Shown here: positions 22,855 to 34,203 of the stretch, piece by piece
Position numbering within the stretch: position 1 is the first letter of the stretch
Layout of the letters: each line of letters starts with the position of its first letter
Source of the DNA: Eledone cirrhosa
Taxonomy: Eukaryota
Assembly (NCBI GenBank): GCA_964016885.1
Contig: OZ024744.1
Span: 50,592,001 to 50,656,000, forward strand
DNA: 64,000 bases
Reading direction: 5' to 3'
Translations under genes and position numbers: made by a program
Notes under the pieces: model-generated
Database searches by the model: none
Seen by the model: the letters and a program-made list of their open reading frames with translations, nothing else
What the model was told of the DNA's origin: nothing

Positions 22855-23636
22855 GTAAGGAAAATTTGTTTTACATCTCTGTAATCATCATCATCATCAC
22901 CAGCACCATTATCACCTCAATCGTCCCCATCATCAAATCTCCACAACCATCATTATTTGGCAAGTTTTCTACGATTGAATGTCCTTCCTATCACCAACCA
23001 TTTTACAGAGTGTACTGGTTGCATTTTTTCATGACACCAGCACTAATGTGGTTGTCATGTCTTTGACACAGCCGACAAGTCCTCACAACTTTTTGCCAAG
23101 TTTTCTACCTAATGGCTTTCCAATCACCAACTACTTTAGAGTATACATTGTGTTGTGTATGTGTATATACCCAGTTGACCTAGTAAGGTGGTTATATTGG
23201 TGCCACAATAAAAATCACTCGGGATACCTTGTAAAGTAGGAGTGGTGTAGCTATGAAAAAACTTCCTGTACATACTGAAAAGTGGTTGGCATCCAGCCAT
23301 AAAAAACCAAGCCAAAAACAGATCTGTATGAACAAGATGTGGTCACCTGACCTGGCTAGCCTCAGAATGTGACATGTCTAACCCATGCAAGCAATAGATG
23401 TTAAACTGATGATAATGATGCTGATATATGCATATTAGCGTGTGTGTTTGTATGTGTATTCAATCTGTTTATTGTCCCTACCCTAGTTTATACATTACTT
23501 TGTCCAGCCCTTCATGTATAATGTTTACTATATTATAAATAACTGTCTGTTCAGACCCACATGTAGTGTAACCCCTATATTTATAATGTTTACTTAATAT
23601 ATATATAACATGTTTATAATGTTTACTGTATTTCAG

Positions 23637-23779
23637 ATGGCCCAAGACCCACAAGAGATGAAATTATTAGATTAAGGTCTTTCATGCTACTTTATGTCAA
23701 AGAACTTATCCGAAAAGGTCAAGGAATTCTAGAAGATGAACTACAGAGTATTTTAAACTATCTCACAACACTACATGAG
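23637..23779 (+). CDS. NBEA: Neurobeachin exon (GPRP...[16 protein letters not shown])
   Basis: AG/GT; phase 1-0. Confidence 0.93.
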
Positions 23780-24853
23780 GTAGGTTTATTTCTTGGATTG
23801 TCATATTTCCAATGAAATATGCTGCATACGGTTTTTTAAGTCATATTGAAACTAATCAACAATTTGAACAGATTTAGTTATATTAGTAATATAACTAACT
23901 TTCTCATTATTAAGTTTGTTTGGAACATAACAAAAGTTCTTACATAATTATGATCACTTTAACCCATTCTTTACCATATTTTTAATAAAAGACAATGCCT
24001 GTGATTGACAAATAATTTGGAGGGATTTGCTAACATAACCAACAACAAGTGTTTCAAGTCCATCTTCCCTCTTAAAGCAAGGGTTAATCTTCAGATCCTC
24101 CATGTTAAGCTTCTTCACTTTCCCTATTTGCACACACCCTCACCACCACCATGTCTTTCATTTCTCCAATCATCCTTAACCATGTCATTTTTGGTCTTCT
24201 ACTTTCTTCCACATTAATTTCCATCACTCCTTTCACCCAATTCACCCAATCATTTTCATCTTTCTTCAACACATGATCCAATCATTTCATTCCATTTCTC
24301 TTCACATCCAGTGCTGATTTTATTCCTGTTATCCTCTGCAATTCATTGTTTATTTTCTCTCATCAATATTCCACTCATCCACTTGACCATTCTCATTTCT
24401 GTCTTTTCGAGCCTTCTCTGCTGCTCCATACATATCACCCATGTCTTTTTCATATAAATCATTGCATTTCTCAAATATGCAGCATACACCTTTCTCTTCA
24501 GGTTCAGTGATACTCCCATCCTCATTAACACACCACTCAGTTCCCAGAACTTCTTCCATGTACATCTCATTCTAGATACTGTCAGAGTCTGATCCACCCT
24601 CTCTCCATTCAACATGTCTCCAAGGTAACAATATGTTTTCACTGCATGTATCTGGCTTAGAATAGGTATGCCATATCTCTGTGTGTTTTAAGAGGCTACT
24701 AAATGTGGTTGGCACCATAAAACAATGCCTCAAAAAGGACCTCATAATGTGTATAATTAGTTTCCAGACACTGTGATATTAATTAATATAATGTGATGTG
24801 ATGTATAAAAAGATAAACTGTTATGAATTTGATATACTTTTGTTTTCATCCAG

Positions 24854-24951
24854 GACGACAACTTGATGGATGTTCTTATGCTTTTGGTAACTCTCATGGC
24901 TCAACACCCCTCATCAATGGTACCCTCATTTGACAAGAAAAATGGAATACG
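24854..24951 (+). CDS. NBEA: Neurobeachin exon (DDNLMDVL...FDKKNGIR)
   Basis: AG/GT; phase 0-2. Confidence 0.92.
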
Positions 24952-25049
24952 GTAAGAACAGTTCATTGTAAATATTCAGTTTTTCACCTTCCATCTCCCA
25001 TTATTTTTGTGTGACAGTATTGGTTATCTCTATATAAGTACATCTGTCA

Positions 25050-25440
25050 AAAGCATATCCGACCTTTGAAGCACATCTGGAATGTTTCTTCCATAATGAC
25101 TCTCAGCACTGCTGTCACAGTCCACATGATGTCCTCTCAGTTCTCAAATTGGGACCCTTTCATTTTTGAGAACATGCAAAAGTCATCAGAAGCCTATCTG
25201 TAGAGTATGGAGCCTTTTGAATGAGGTAAATACTTTTCTTTACCAAGAAACCTTGGATCAGTTGCAACGAATGAGTCGAAGCATTGCCCTGTTGCAGGTA
25301 CTAATAGTGGGAGTCTCAGAGATCTGGTCTCTTGCACCAAACTGCATAATGAAGTGTTAGGAGGACTTCCTGATAGTACTCATTTATAACTGTTTGTCCT
25401 TGTGGGGCATATTTGTGATACTCAGCACCTAGATAGGTGG
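25050..25440 (-). mobile_element. Mariner transposase relic
   Basis: Reverse complement translates YAPQGQTVINEYYQEVL..KRPDL..GNASTH..APYSTD..DF, matching the mariner HHDNAPAH/YSPDLAP region. Confidence 0.75.
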
Positions 25441-26432
25441 GTCAGATATTTTTAGGATCTGAATTATTTTCCAGCTTTGAAGAAAAGGGCCTGTCTGTTA
25501 GATGCAATTTTATCTATTTTTAGGATGTGCATTTGTCATCAGTGACCCTTTTGCAGTGATGTTTTGTTTTATACACATACAATCAACAAAGCAAATTAAC
25601 AATAACATCTTAGAGTTTTGGCAATCATATCGATTCCTGGTTTTGTTACAATCTAATATTTATTTTATCAATCCCTATATGCCAAACTGCTTTATTACAT
25701 GACAAGAGCAAGAAAATTCACTCACACACTCACACACATACATCTGCACTAAATATAAACATGTTTCATATAATATATTTTTGCAGAGTTACAATTAATA
25801 TTTTCCAAAACCTTGTCCACTGACTAAGTCATCTCTTTTCCGAGCAACACTGGGTACTATTGCGAGTGACATATATAAATACATATTAAATTTAAATTAA
25901 CCCATCAACAAAAAAAATATATATATATATATATATATATAGATATAGATATATCAGTATTGAAATAATCAAAGTAGTATAAAAAATAAATTGCACAGCC
26001 ACCCACGACATTTCTAAGGTTTCTCACATTCCCCTTGATAATGGAAGGCGAATCCGAAAATATTTTGGATTATTAAAAATTGTTAAGGTAACTTTCTGTC
26101 ATCCTCACTCTTATATTTCACTTCACTGTGTTCTTTTTATTCTTCTACTTTCTTATTATCTTGGTATTTCTACCAAACACTCATTGTCAGGCTTCCAAAT
26201 AACCAAACTTATTTCTTATTTGTATTTCTATCTCATAAATAAATATTTAGCCAATATATGTATAAAAAAAAAATTAAAAAGAAAACTTAAAATAGATCAA
26301 AACAAAAAATTACTATTTATTGAAAATATTGCCTATGAATTTTCTTTATATATCGCAAATCACTTGTAGTAATATTACAGATAAATATATTTACATTTTA
26401 ATTTATGAAATTAAATTATTTAATCCTTTCAG

Positions 26433-26525
26433 GACTGTATTCAAGCTACTAGCATCATCAAATGAACCATTGCGTATTCAAGCATTGAAACTTTTAGGAT
26501 TTTTCCTCATGCGAAGTACTCACAA
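26433..26525 (+). CDS. NBEA: Neurobeachin exon (TVFKLLAS...[10 protein letters not shown])
   Basis: AG/GT; phase 2-2. Confidence 0.92.
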
Positions 26526-27075
26526 GTAAGTGTAGTATTTTTGTTTATCTTTTTCAAGTAATTTGATCGTATAGTAGTCCAACTTGTGCAAGTGTGGAAA
26601 AACAGACATAAAGACGACGATGATGATATTATAATAATGTCAGCATCTCCAGATACTGTACTGGAGATGACTAACAAGCTTGGAAAAATAGACATTAAAT
26701 GATGATGATGACGACAATATGTATGGTTTTTCTTTTGTTTTTGTTTTTTTTTAGCAAGACATCTCTCTAGGAGAAAGTCACTCTGGTACTCTGATATAAA
26801 ACCTGTGACTTCGTCTACATCCAATGACTGAGATCAATTCTTTTGGGGTAAATGTATTTGGTATTCAGAAAATGGGATTGGCCCTGTGCAAAGCCTTTCC
26901 TCACTTAAAAAAGCTTCAACTTGATATGCAACATTTTTTGCGATGCATAGCATTGCTGGCCATAGGCAAGTCCCAAACAGAACTGAAAAGCCACGTTCGT
27001 GATGCTCATGCTTAAGTATCAAACGATGGCATTACTCAAAATCGAGTTGCAGCCATCATCATCACGTATGTATGA

Positions 27076-27133
<58 letters not shown>

Positions 27134-27135
<2 letters not shown>

Positions 27136-27489
27136 AGGCATATGTTTTAGTGGTTAGAACATTGGCCTTGCAATCGAAAGGTTGTGAGTTCAATTCTCAG
27201 ACCGGGTAATGTGTTGTTTCCTTGAGCAAGACACTTTATTTCACATTGCTCCAGTTTACTCAGCTGTAGAAATGAGATGATAGGGACCCCAGTCCCTATC
27301 ATCTCATTTCTACAGCTATCATTCCACTGCAAAGTAGTCGTGGAGGTGCCACGGAAAAAAAACACCCAGCACTCACTGTAAATGAGATTGGGGTTAGGAA
27401 GGGCATCCAGCTGTAGAAATCAAGCCAGAATCAGTTCCCGTCCCACCCTTGCAAGCAGGGAAAAGCGGACGTAAAATGATGATGATGAT
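27134..27489 (+). mobile_element. tRNA-head CORE-like SINE with RTE tail
   Basis: A/B boxes, core, tail ...GGAAAAGCGGACGTAAAATGATGAT; follows (TA)n. Confidence 0.85.
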
Positions 27490-27516
27490 ATATATATGTG
27501 TGTATGAATGTATATG

Positions 27517-27549
<33 letters not shown>

Positions 27550-27866
27550 ATGTATGTATATATATAAATATATATATATGTATATATAAATATATATATA
27601 TGTGAGTACTTGCAATATATCTTTACTGTTTCCATACTGGTATGCATCCAATATATTATTCATCTACTTTCCATATTAGCATGAGTTGGGCAGGTTGTCA
27701 GGGACCATGACCAGACTGATCAGAAGACCTCATCTCTGTCATAGTTCCATATTTGACATGGTAAGCAAGCCTATGATGATGATGATAAAATCAGTAGACT
27801 TGACACAACCTCTGACCTTCCCCCCTCCAACTGACCCCCCAAAAATCAATATATTTTCTGTTACAG

Positions 27867-27975
27867 GCGCAAGTATGATGCAATGAACCCACACAACCTG
27901 TTCTCTCTCATTGGTGAAAGATTAATGCTCAATATTCACTCCATTACAATAGCTACCTACAATGTATTGTTCGAG
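27867..27975 (+). CDS. NBEA: Neurobeachin exon (RKYDAM...TYNVLFE)
   Basis: AG/GT; phase 2-0. Confidence 0.92.
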
Positions 27976-28222
27976 GTATGTCTCTCAATCTATCTTCTAT
28001 CTGCCTCCCTGTCTTTCTTATTCTCTCCTCTCTCCCTTCCCCTATCTCTCCTCTCTCTGCCTCGCCTGTCTCCCTCCTCTCTCTCCCACCCCTGCCTCCC
28101 TCCTCTCTCTCCCACCCCTGCCTCCCTCTCCTATCTCTTTTCCCCTCTCTCTCTATTAATTTGAAATTATATTATTGCAATTTAATGAATGAAGATAATG
28201 ACATTTGTGTATTTTTTTGCAG

Positions 28223-28304
28223 ATATTAACAGAGCGTCTTACATTGGAATACAGCTATGACAGACACGTAGAGCCAGAATCGTATTACAAACTTGAAAAT
28301 CCAG
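28223..28304 (+). CDS. NBEA: Neurobeachin exon (ILTERL...KLENP)
   Basis: AG/GT; phase 0-1. Confidence 0.9.
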
Positions 28305-28414
28305 GTGGGGGTACATTGTGAATTTTCAAAATATATTCTCTTTAGATTTTCATTCGTTATCTGTGTTTGACACTTATCAAAATAATGATCCACATTCTCA
28401 TTCTTGCTTCATGT

Positions 28415-28605
28415 GGATGGATTGGCTGTTGGTAGAGCGTCGGACACCATGTTTCGCGACATAGTTACATTCCTTTATGTTCTGATTTCAAATCCCACCT
28501 AGGTTACCTTTGCCTTTCATACTTATGGGGTCGATAAAATAAAGGGCCAGTAACACACTGGGGTTAATTTAATCGACTTTCCCCTCCCCAAAAATTGTTG
28601 GCTTT
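28415..28605 (+). mobile_element. Second SINE family (Nin-domain-like)
   Basis: tRNA-like head followed by CTTTGCCTTTCAT..GGGGTCGATAAAATAA..CCAGT. Confidence 0.55.
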
Positions 28606-29551
28606 TTGTTTCATGACATACTCTAACTTTATATTCTTCATACTAAGCAATTTATAATGAAGATGAAGTATTCTTTAGAAAATTCTATTAACCCTTTTTT
28701 CTTACCGTATTTCTAATGAAATACATTGCTTATGTGTATAAATGAATTTTGAAGAATTTAATGAAATACGTAAAGTTTGTTTATTTTAGTAAGCTGATGT
28801 TTGAAACGTTACTTTTCTTAGATTATAGTTGAATCATTGAGGGGCAATGTCTCTAACTGCTGCTACCACAATAGAATGGTTTGATATATTGTCACTGGGT
28901 GCATTTTATTGGGGGACCGTCTTTGACACAGCTGAACGGTCCTCCCAACACTTTGTTTGATATGGTTTCTATGGTTGATGTCCTTCTTATCACTAACCAG
29001 TTAGCAGTGTGGGTGTGGTTTTTAGTAGTCCCAGCATTATTGTAAGAATAAATACTGAAGTAAGCAGAGTTATGTTCCCATGCCTATATTTTTAACAGGA
29101 TTATTAGTTATATCCCCTTGTCAATAATTTCACTAGAACTATGAGTTATATTCTCCGTATGCATAGTCGGCACAGAAATATGACCAAAAATTTCGAATTT
29201 CCCTGAGGAAAAGATCCTGTCGAAAACATTAAGACTAGGAATGCAGCGATTAATCAGTATCGGTCGTTGTGCCAAGACTGGGGCTCCTATCATCAAAACC
29301 CAAGAAATCTATGAGATACAACCTCATTTGTGGCCAGGTTGATGTGAAAAACAATATACATATGTGTATGAGCGGTCAAAAGCTCCAACTAAGTACTAAC
29401 TTGATCCATGATGACCAGTCCAGACATTGTTAGGGAAAACAAACAGTAGATAATGGTTATGGGGGTGGTCGATGATGATGGTAAAGGTGTTGATGTTGGT
29501 GAAGAAGTTTTTTCTCAAGTTGTATCATATATTTTTCTCCTGTTTTTGCAG

Positions 29552-29675
29552 CAATTCTCAAAGTTGTTGCGACAATGATTCGACAGTCGAAACACTCCGC
29601 TGAGCTGATGGAAGTGAAAAAGATGTTTTTGTCTGATTTAACTATCATGTGTAATAACAATAAGGAAAACAGGAG
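29552..29675 (+). CDS. NBEA: Neurobeachin exon (ILKVVATMI...NNKENRR)
   Basis: AG/GT; phase 1-2. Confidence 0.92.
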
Positions 29676-29696
29676 GTAAGAATTAATGTTGTTGCA

Positions 29697-30183
29697 GCTC
29701 TAATACTGCAAATTTTCACAATAGTCTATCCACTAGTAAAGATACTATAAACATTTGAATTAGCAAACCACATTAACAAGACATTCTTGAAAAGTATGAA
29801 ATAGCAGTGTGACTGCCTCACATTAAATATTAATGTCTTTACTCTAATACTGAAAATTCCCATAACTGTCTACAAGTGAAGATATTGTAAATATTTTATT
29901 TAACAAACCTCATGAAACCACATTAGCAAAACATTCTTGAAAAGAACAAAACAGCAGTATGATTACGTCACATTAAATATTATAGCATTGCTGGTCCAGT
30001 GGTAGAATGCTCACCTGCCACGCGGGTGGCCCAGGTTTGATTCCCGGCCGATGTATCTTAAGTCGTCTAACTCATGCTAGTGTGGAAGATAGACATTAAT
30101 CGATGGTGATTGTGTTTACTCTAATACTGCAAATTTTCACAATGATGCCACCACCAGTGAAGATATTATATTATAAACATTTG
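29697..30183 (+). repeat. Diverged ~145-bp tandem repeat (2 full units + 1 partial) interrupted by a tRNA-RTE insert
   Basis: CTCTAATACTG(C/A)AAATT at ~29697, ~29842 and ~30119. Confidence 0.75.
29985..30055 (+). pseudogene. tRNA-Gly(GCC) pseudogene / retro-copy
   Basis: 71 nt matching the eukaryotic tRNA-Gly GCC consensus, with CpG-type decay (T-loop GTTTGA, acceptor stem mismatches). Confidence 0.85.
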
Positions 30184-30219
30184 TCTCCAATAAACCTCTT
30201 GTGTTTTGTATCCCTGCAG

Positions 30220-30412
30220 AACTCTACTACAAATGTCAGTGTGGCAGGAATGGCTGTTTAGTATGGCTTACATATACCCCAGAAATGTTGATGAACAAAA
30301 AATTACTGACATGGTTATGTCACTATTTCGGATGCTCCTACATCATGCAATTAAGTTTGAGTACGGAGGATGGAGAGTTTGGGTAGACACTCTTGCTATT
30401 TTACATTCAAAG
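30220..30412 (+). CDS. NBEA: Neurobeachin exon ([11 protein letters not shown]...[18 protein letters not shown])
   Basis: AG/GT; phase 2-0; [10 protein letters not shown] hallmark. Confidence 0.96.
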
Positions 30413-30612
30413 GTAAGGCATTCTGTTTTGTTGTTGTTTCATCATCACCATTATCATCATAATTGCCATCATCATTATCATCATCATCATTACCATCATC
30501 GCCATCATCATCATTACCATCATCTTTTTATGATTGCATAGGTTGGACAAGTCTTTTCCAGCATACCCCCTTTCAGTTCTTGTATTTCTTCATCTACTCT
30601 CTCTATCAATGC

Positions 30613-30946
30613 TCATCATCATCATTTTACGTCCGCTTTTCCCTGCTTGCAAGGGTGGGACGGGAACTGATTCTGGCTTGATTTCTACAGCTGGATGCCC
30701 TTCCTAACACCAACCTCATTTACAGTGAGTGCTGGGTGCTTTTTGCCATGGCACCTCCACGACCACTTTGCAGTGGAATGATAGGGACCCCAGTCCCTAT
30801 CATCTCATTTCTACAGCTGAGTAAACTGGAACAATGTGAAATAAAGTGTCTTGCTCAAGGAAACAACACATCACTCGGTCTGAGAATTGAACTCACAACC
30901 TTTCGATTGCAAGGCCAATGTTCTAACCACTAAGCCATGTGCCTCC
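30613..30946 (-). mobile_element. SINE, near-identical inverted partner of 27134-27489
   Basis: Reverse-complement match along head, core and tail. Confidence 0.88.
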
Positions 30947-31084
30947 ATACATACATATATATATATTGAGAGAGAGAAAGGGGTAGGGATGAGCGTGAAA
31001 CTAATATATTTCTTTATATCGTGTTTGTTTTGTTTGCTTTGTTGTTTTGTTTACTTTTTGCGCACTCACACACATATGTATAAT

Positions 31085-34030
31085 GTTGCATAGTAGTGAG
31101 ACAGTAAAAGTAGCGGATATGCAAAGGTTGGAAAAAATGAAACAAACATTCTCCAATGGATGTGATGTATATGGAAGATGATTGTTGGATAAAGAAGCCC
31201 AGGAAATCCCAAAAGGTAGTGCTAGTAGAAGAGTTGCGTAGAGCTGATGAGAGCTGATGCTAAATTGCTGAAGCTCAACGTGCAGATGACAATGGAGTGC
31301 AACGTGTGGGGGCATAGTTTGTTAGTGAAAGCCTGTTCAACTTACTCAAGGATTGAAAAGTGAATGTAAAATAGTCTAGTTCTTTGTTGGTTTTTCTTTA
31401 CTGCAGCTTCCTTCCACTGTGATTATCACATGTCAATACTAGCACAGGCTTCTCTCCAGTCACTATGTGTCCTCTCCATTTACAGCCCATGTCTCACTGC
31501 TATGCAGCATCACACATTCCATACAGACATCATACAATCTACCCTTTGCTCATAAAGAAAAACCTTTTTGTTGTCAACAGAGGCAGCAGCTCTTTGAACT
31601 ATTTCCATCCTATTCTTATTCTAACTACTCTGCTCTCAGAGCAACTTCTTCCAATGCTAATTGTGTAACAGAAGTTATCAACTACTTCTATGGGGTCTTC
31701 CCAGAATTGGAAAAATATTATTTACTGGACCGATATCTTTGGCGCTACGCAGTAATACAGAAGACCCGCCTTACCTAATTGCAAAGTGAAACCTACAGTC
31801 AGTAGGCACCTCTTACCAAAATACACCCCCATCCCACTACTCCCACCCCATCTACACCATCCCCTTCCGATGTAAAGTTATGTTGGTACCACAACATCCA
31901 GTCCTAAATAAATGAGGTTGTGTAGGTGTCAAGACAAAAAAACACACAGTCCACGCTGTAATGTGGCCGTGTAGGTAACACAGTAAAAAGTTACCAGTCC
32001 ACACTGTAAATGTGGTTGGTGTTAGGAAGGGCATCCAGCCGTAGAAAACCCGCCAGACAGTCCTATACGAGCAAGACACCCAAACTTGCCTCAAGTGGGA
32101 AAATTCCCGTCCAAACCCATGCTAGCATGGAGGATGGACGTTAAACGATGATGATGATGATGATTATTTCACTGGGGGTTTCACTGGTAACTACACATGA
32201 ATATCTTCCACATATAAAGTCTACTTTTTCTGTTAGTCTGACTTATCTGCAGGCTGATTGATCACTACATCTGATTCCTCTTAAACCCAGTATTTCTCAC
32301 AGTGTATCAACACCCCATTGTCCATATACACTAACATTGCACATCCATTGAAGTTTGTCTGTTTTTCAAGATTAGCATGGGTTGGACAGTATTTTCCAGT
32401 ATATCCTTCCTCCACTAGCTGCATTCCTTCTCTCTCTCACTGACATCAAATTAACAATGAGGGTAGGTGTTCTGAAAGTACAGTAACTAGAGTGGGGAAT
32501 TGTTGGAAAAAGTTGAGGGAGCTACTTCCACTGCTGGCTTCAAAGGGTCTCTTTCAGAGTGAAAGCAGATTGTATGATGCTAGCATGCAAATGGCAATGC
32601 TATGTGGTAGTGAGACTTTGTGCATGGATGACCTACAAAGATTGGATAGAAATGAGGCAAGCATGCTCTGATGGATGTGTAATAGTAGTATATATGAGCA
32701 ATGGAACATCAATGAGGTGAGAGAGAAACTGGGCATAAGAGAGATCAGATGCAGTGTGCAAGAGAGGAGTCTATGTTGGTAGGGACATTTAATGTGTATG
32801 AAGGCAGTTAGCTGCATAAAAAATGCAGAGCCCTTGAAGTTGATGGAACGTATGGAAGGGGAAGACCAAGGAAAACTTGGAATTATATGGTGATGGTCAA
32901 CCTGACACGGCTGAACCTCACTAACTAGAGGACACTAGACCGAGTTAAGTGGCAATATGCTGTGCTGCAGAAAACTTGCCTTCCCGCGCAAGTGGGATGA
33001 AATGAACATAAGGATAATGACTCACACCTGCCAGTATGCTCCTGCCCACATTTCTCCACCCTAAACCCTAAGAAGCAGAGCGATGGTACATTCAGGACCC
33101 CACCTGCCAGTATATTCCTGATTTCCTTGCCTCACCCTGCCAGTATCCTTCTGACTCCACCCTAAACCCAAAGAAGCAGCGGTGTAACATTACTCCTATT
33201 TTCCCCACCTCTCCTTTTTTATCCAGCCCATGCTAACATGGAAAGCTAGGGGCAAACATTGGTTAACATAGCTTCCCTGCCAACGCGCGTCCACGTTCTC
33301 CATACACACACAAACTTGCGTTCCTGACTTATTTTCCCTGCCCAACCCAGGTCGTCACAGAAATCCAAGCACACCTCACAATGCCAGACACAACCCACTT
33401 GTTTCAAAGTTTGCCCCATGACCCAATACCACATTTCCCTTGGTTTCTCCTCCCCAACAACTGGCAAATATATAGCCTACAACCCTCTCATCAAAGCCAA
33501 CATAGAAAGCCTGTCAATCACCACATGTTTCAAGAAAACTCTTATTACTCAGCAATTCCTCTCCTGCACACTGCAGCTGATCCCTCTTATGCCCAGTTTC
33601 TCTCTCAGTTCATTTATGCTTTGCCACTCATGTATATTACTATTACACATCCATTGAAGCATGCCAACTTCATTTCTTTCCAATTCTCTGCATAAAGTGC
33701 CCAGGTCCCACTGCCATGCAACATTACTGTTTGTAGATAGGTTTCATACAGTCTGCCTTTCATTCTGAGGAAAAAACCTTTTGTAGCTAACAGCAGTAGT
33801 AGCTCCCTGAATTTTTTCCATCCCATTCTCACTCTGGCTACTTACAGAACACCCACCTCCACTACTAATTTCGTCACCCAGGTAACAAAACTATCAGCTA
33901 CTTCTACACAACCTTCTGAGCATTTAAATGACCTTGTTTCCTGTGAGTTCTTGCTACTTGCCACATACAAAATCTACATTCTTTGCTAGCCTGCCTGAGA
34001 TCCCACTACATCTCTTGTGTACCAAGAGAT
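31085..34030. mobile_element. Cluster of RTE LINE 3' fragments in both orientations
   Basis: Repeated GWKKFRELLP/MLHGSET/LRW remnants and RTE 3'UTRs; 31735-32163 matches 58230-58675. Confidence 0.75.
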
Positions 34031-34203
34031 ATGGTCGGATCAAATGCCTCTGTCCACTTTTCTGTCTTCAGGTACTTTGCGTGATTTTCTCAACTATTAT
34101 TGATAATGATTGACTATTATTATAGTCATTTATGTTGGGGTTACTACGTTTCATATTGTATATATATATATTTTTTTCTTTTTTGTCTTTTTTCCCCTTT
34201 TAG

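Noticed and set aside
29108-29296. Minus-strand 62-aa ORF (..RPILINRCIP..) as a nested gene or retrocopy fragment
   Set aside because: Too short; only a vague resemblance to known proteins and no supporting neighbouring exons
29985-30055. Functional tRNA-Gly gene
   Set aside because: T-loop, acceptor and anticodon-stem substitutions, no oligo-T terminator, fused to an RTE tail
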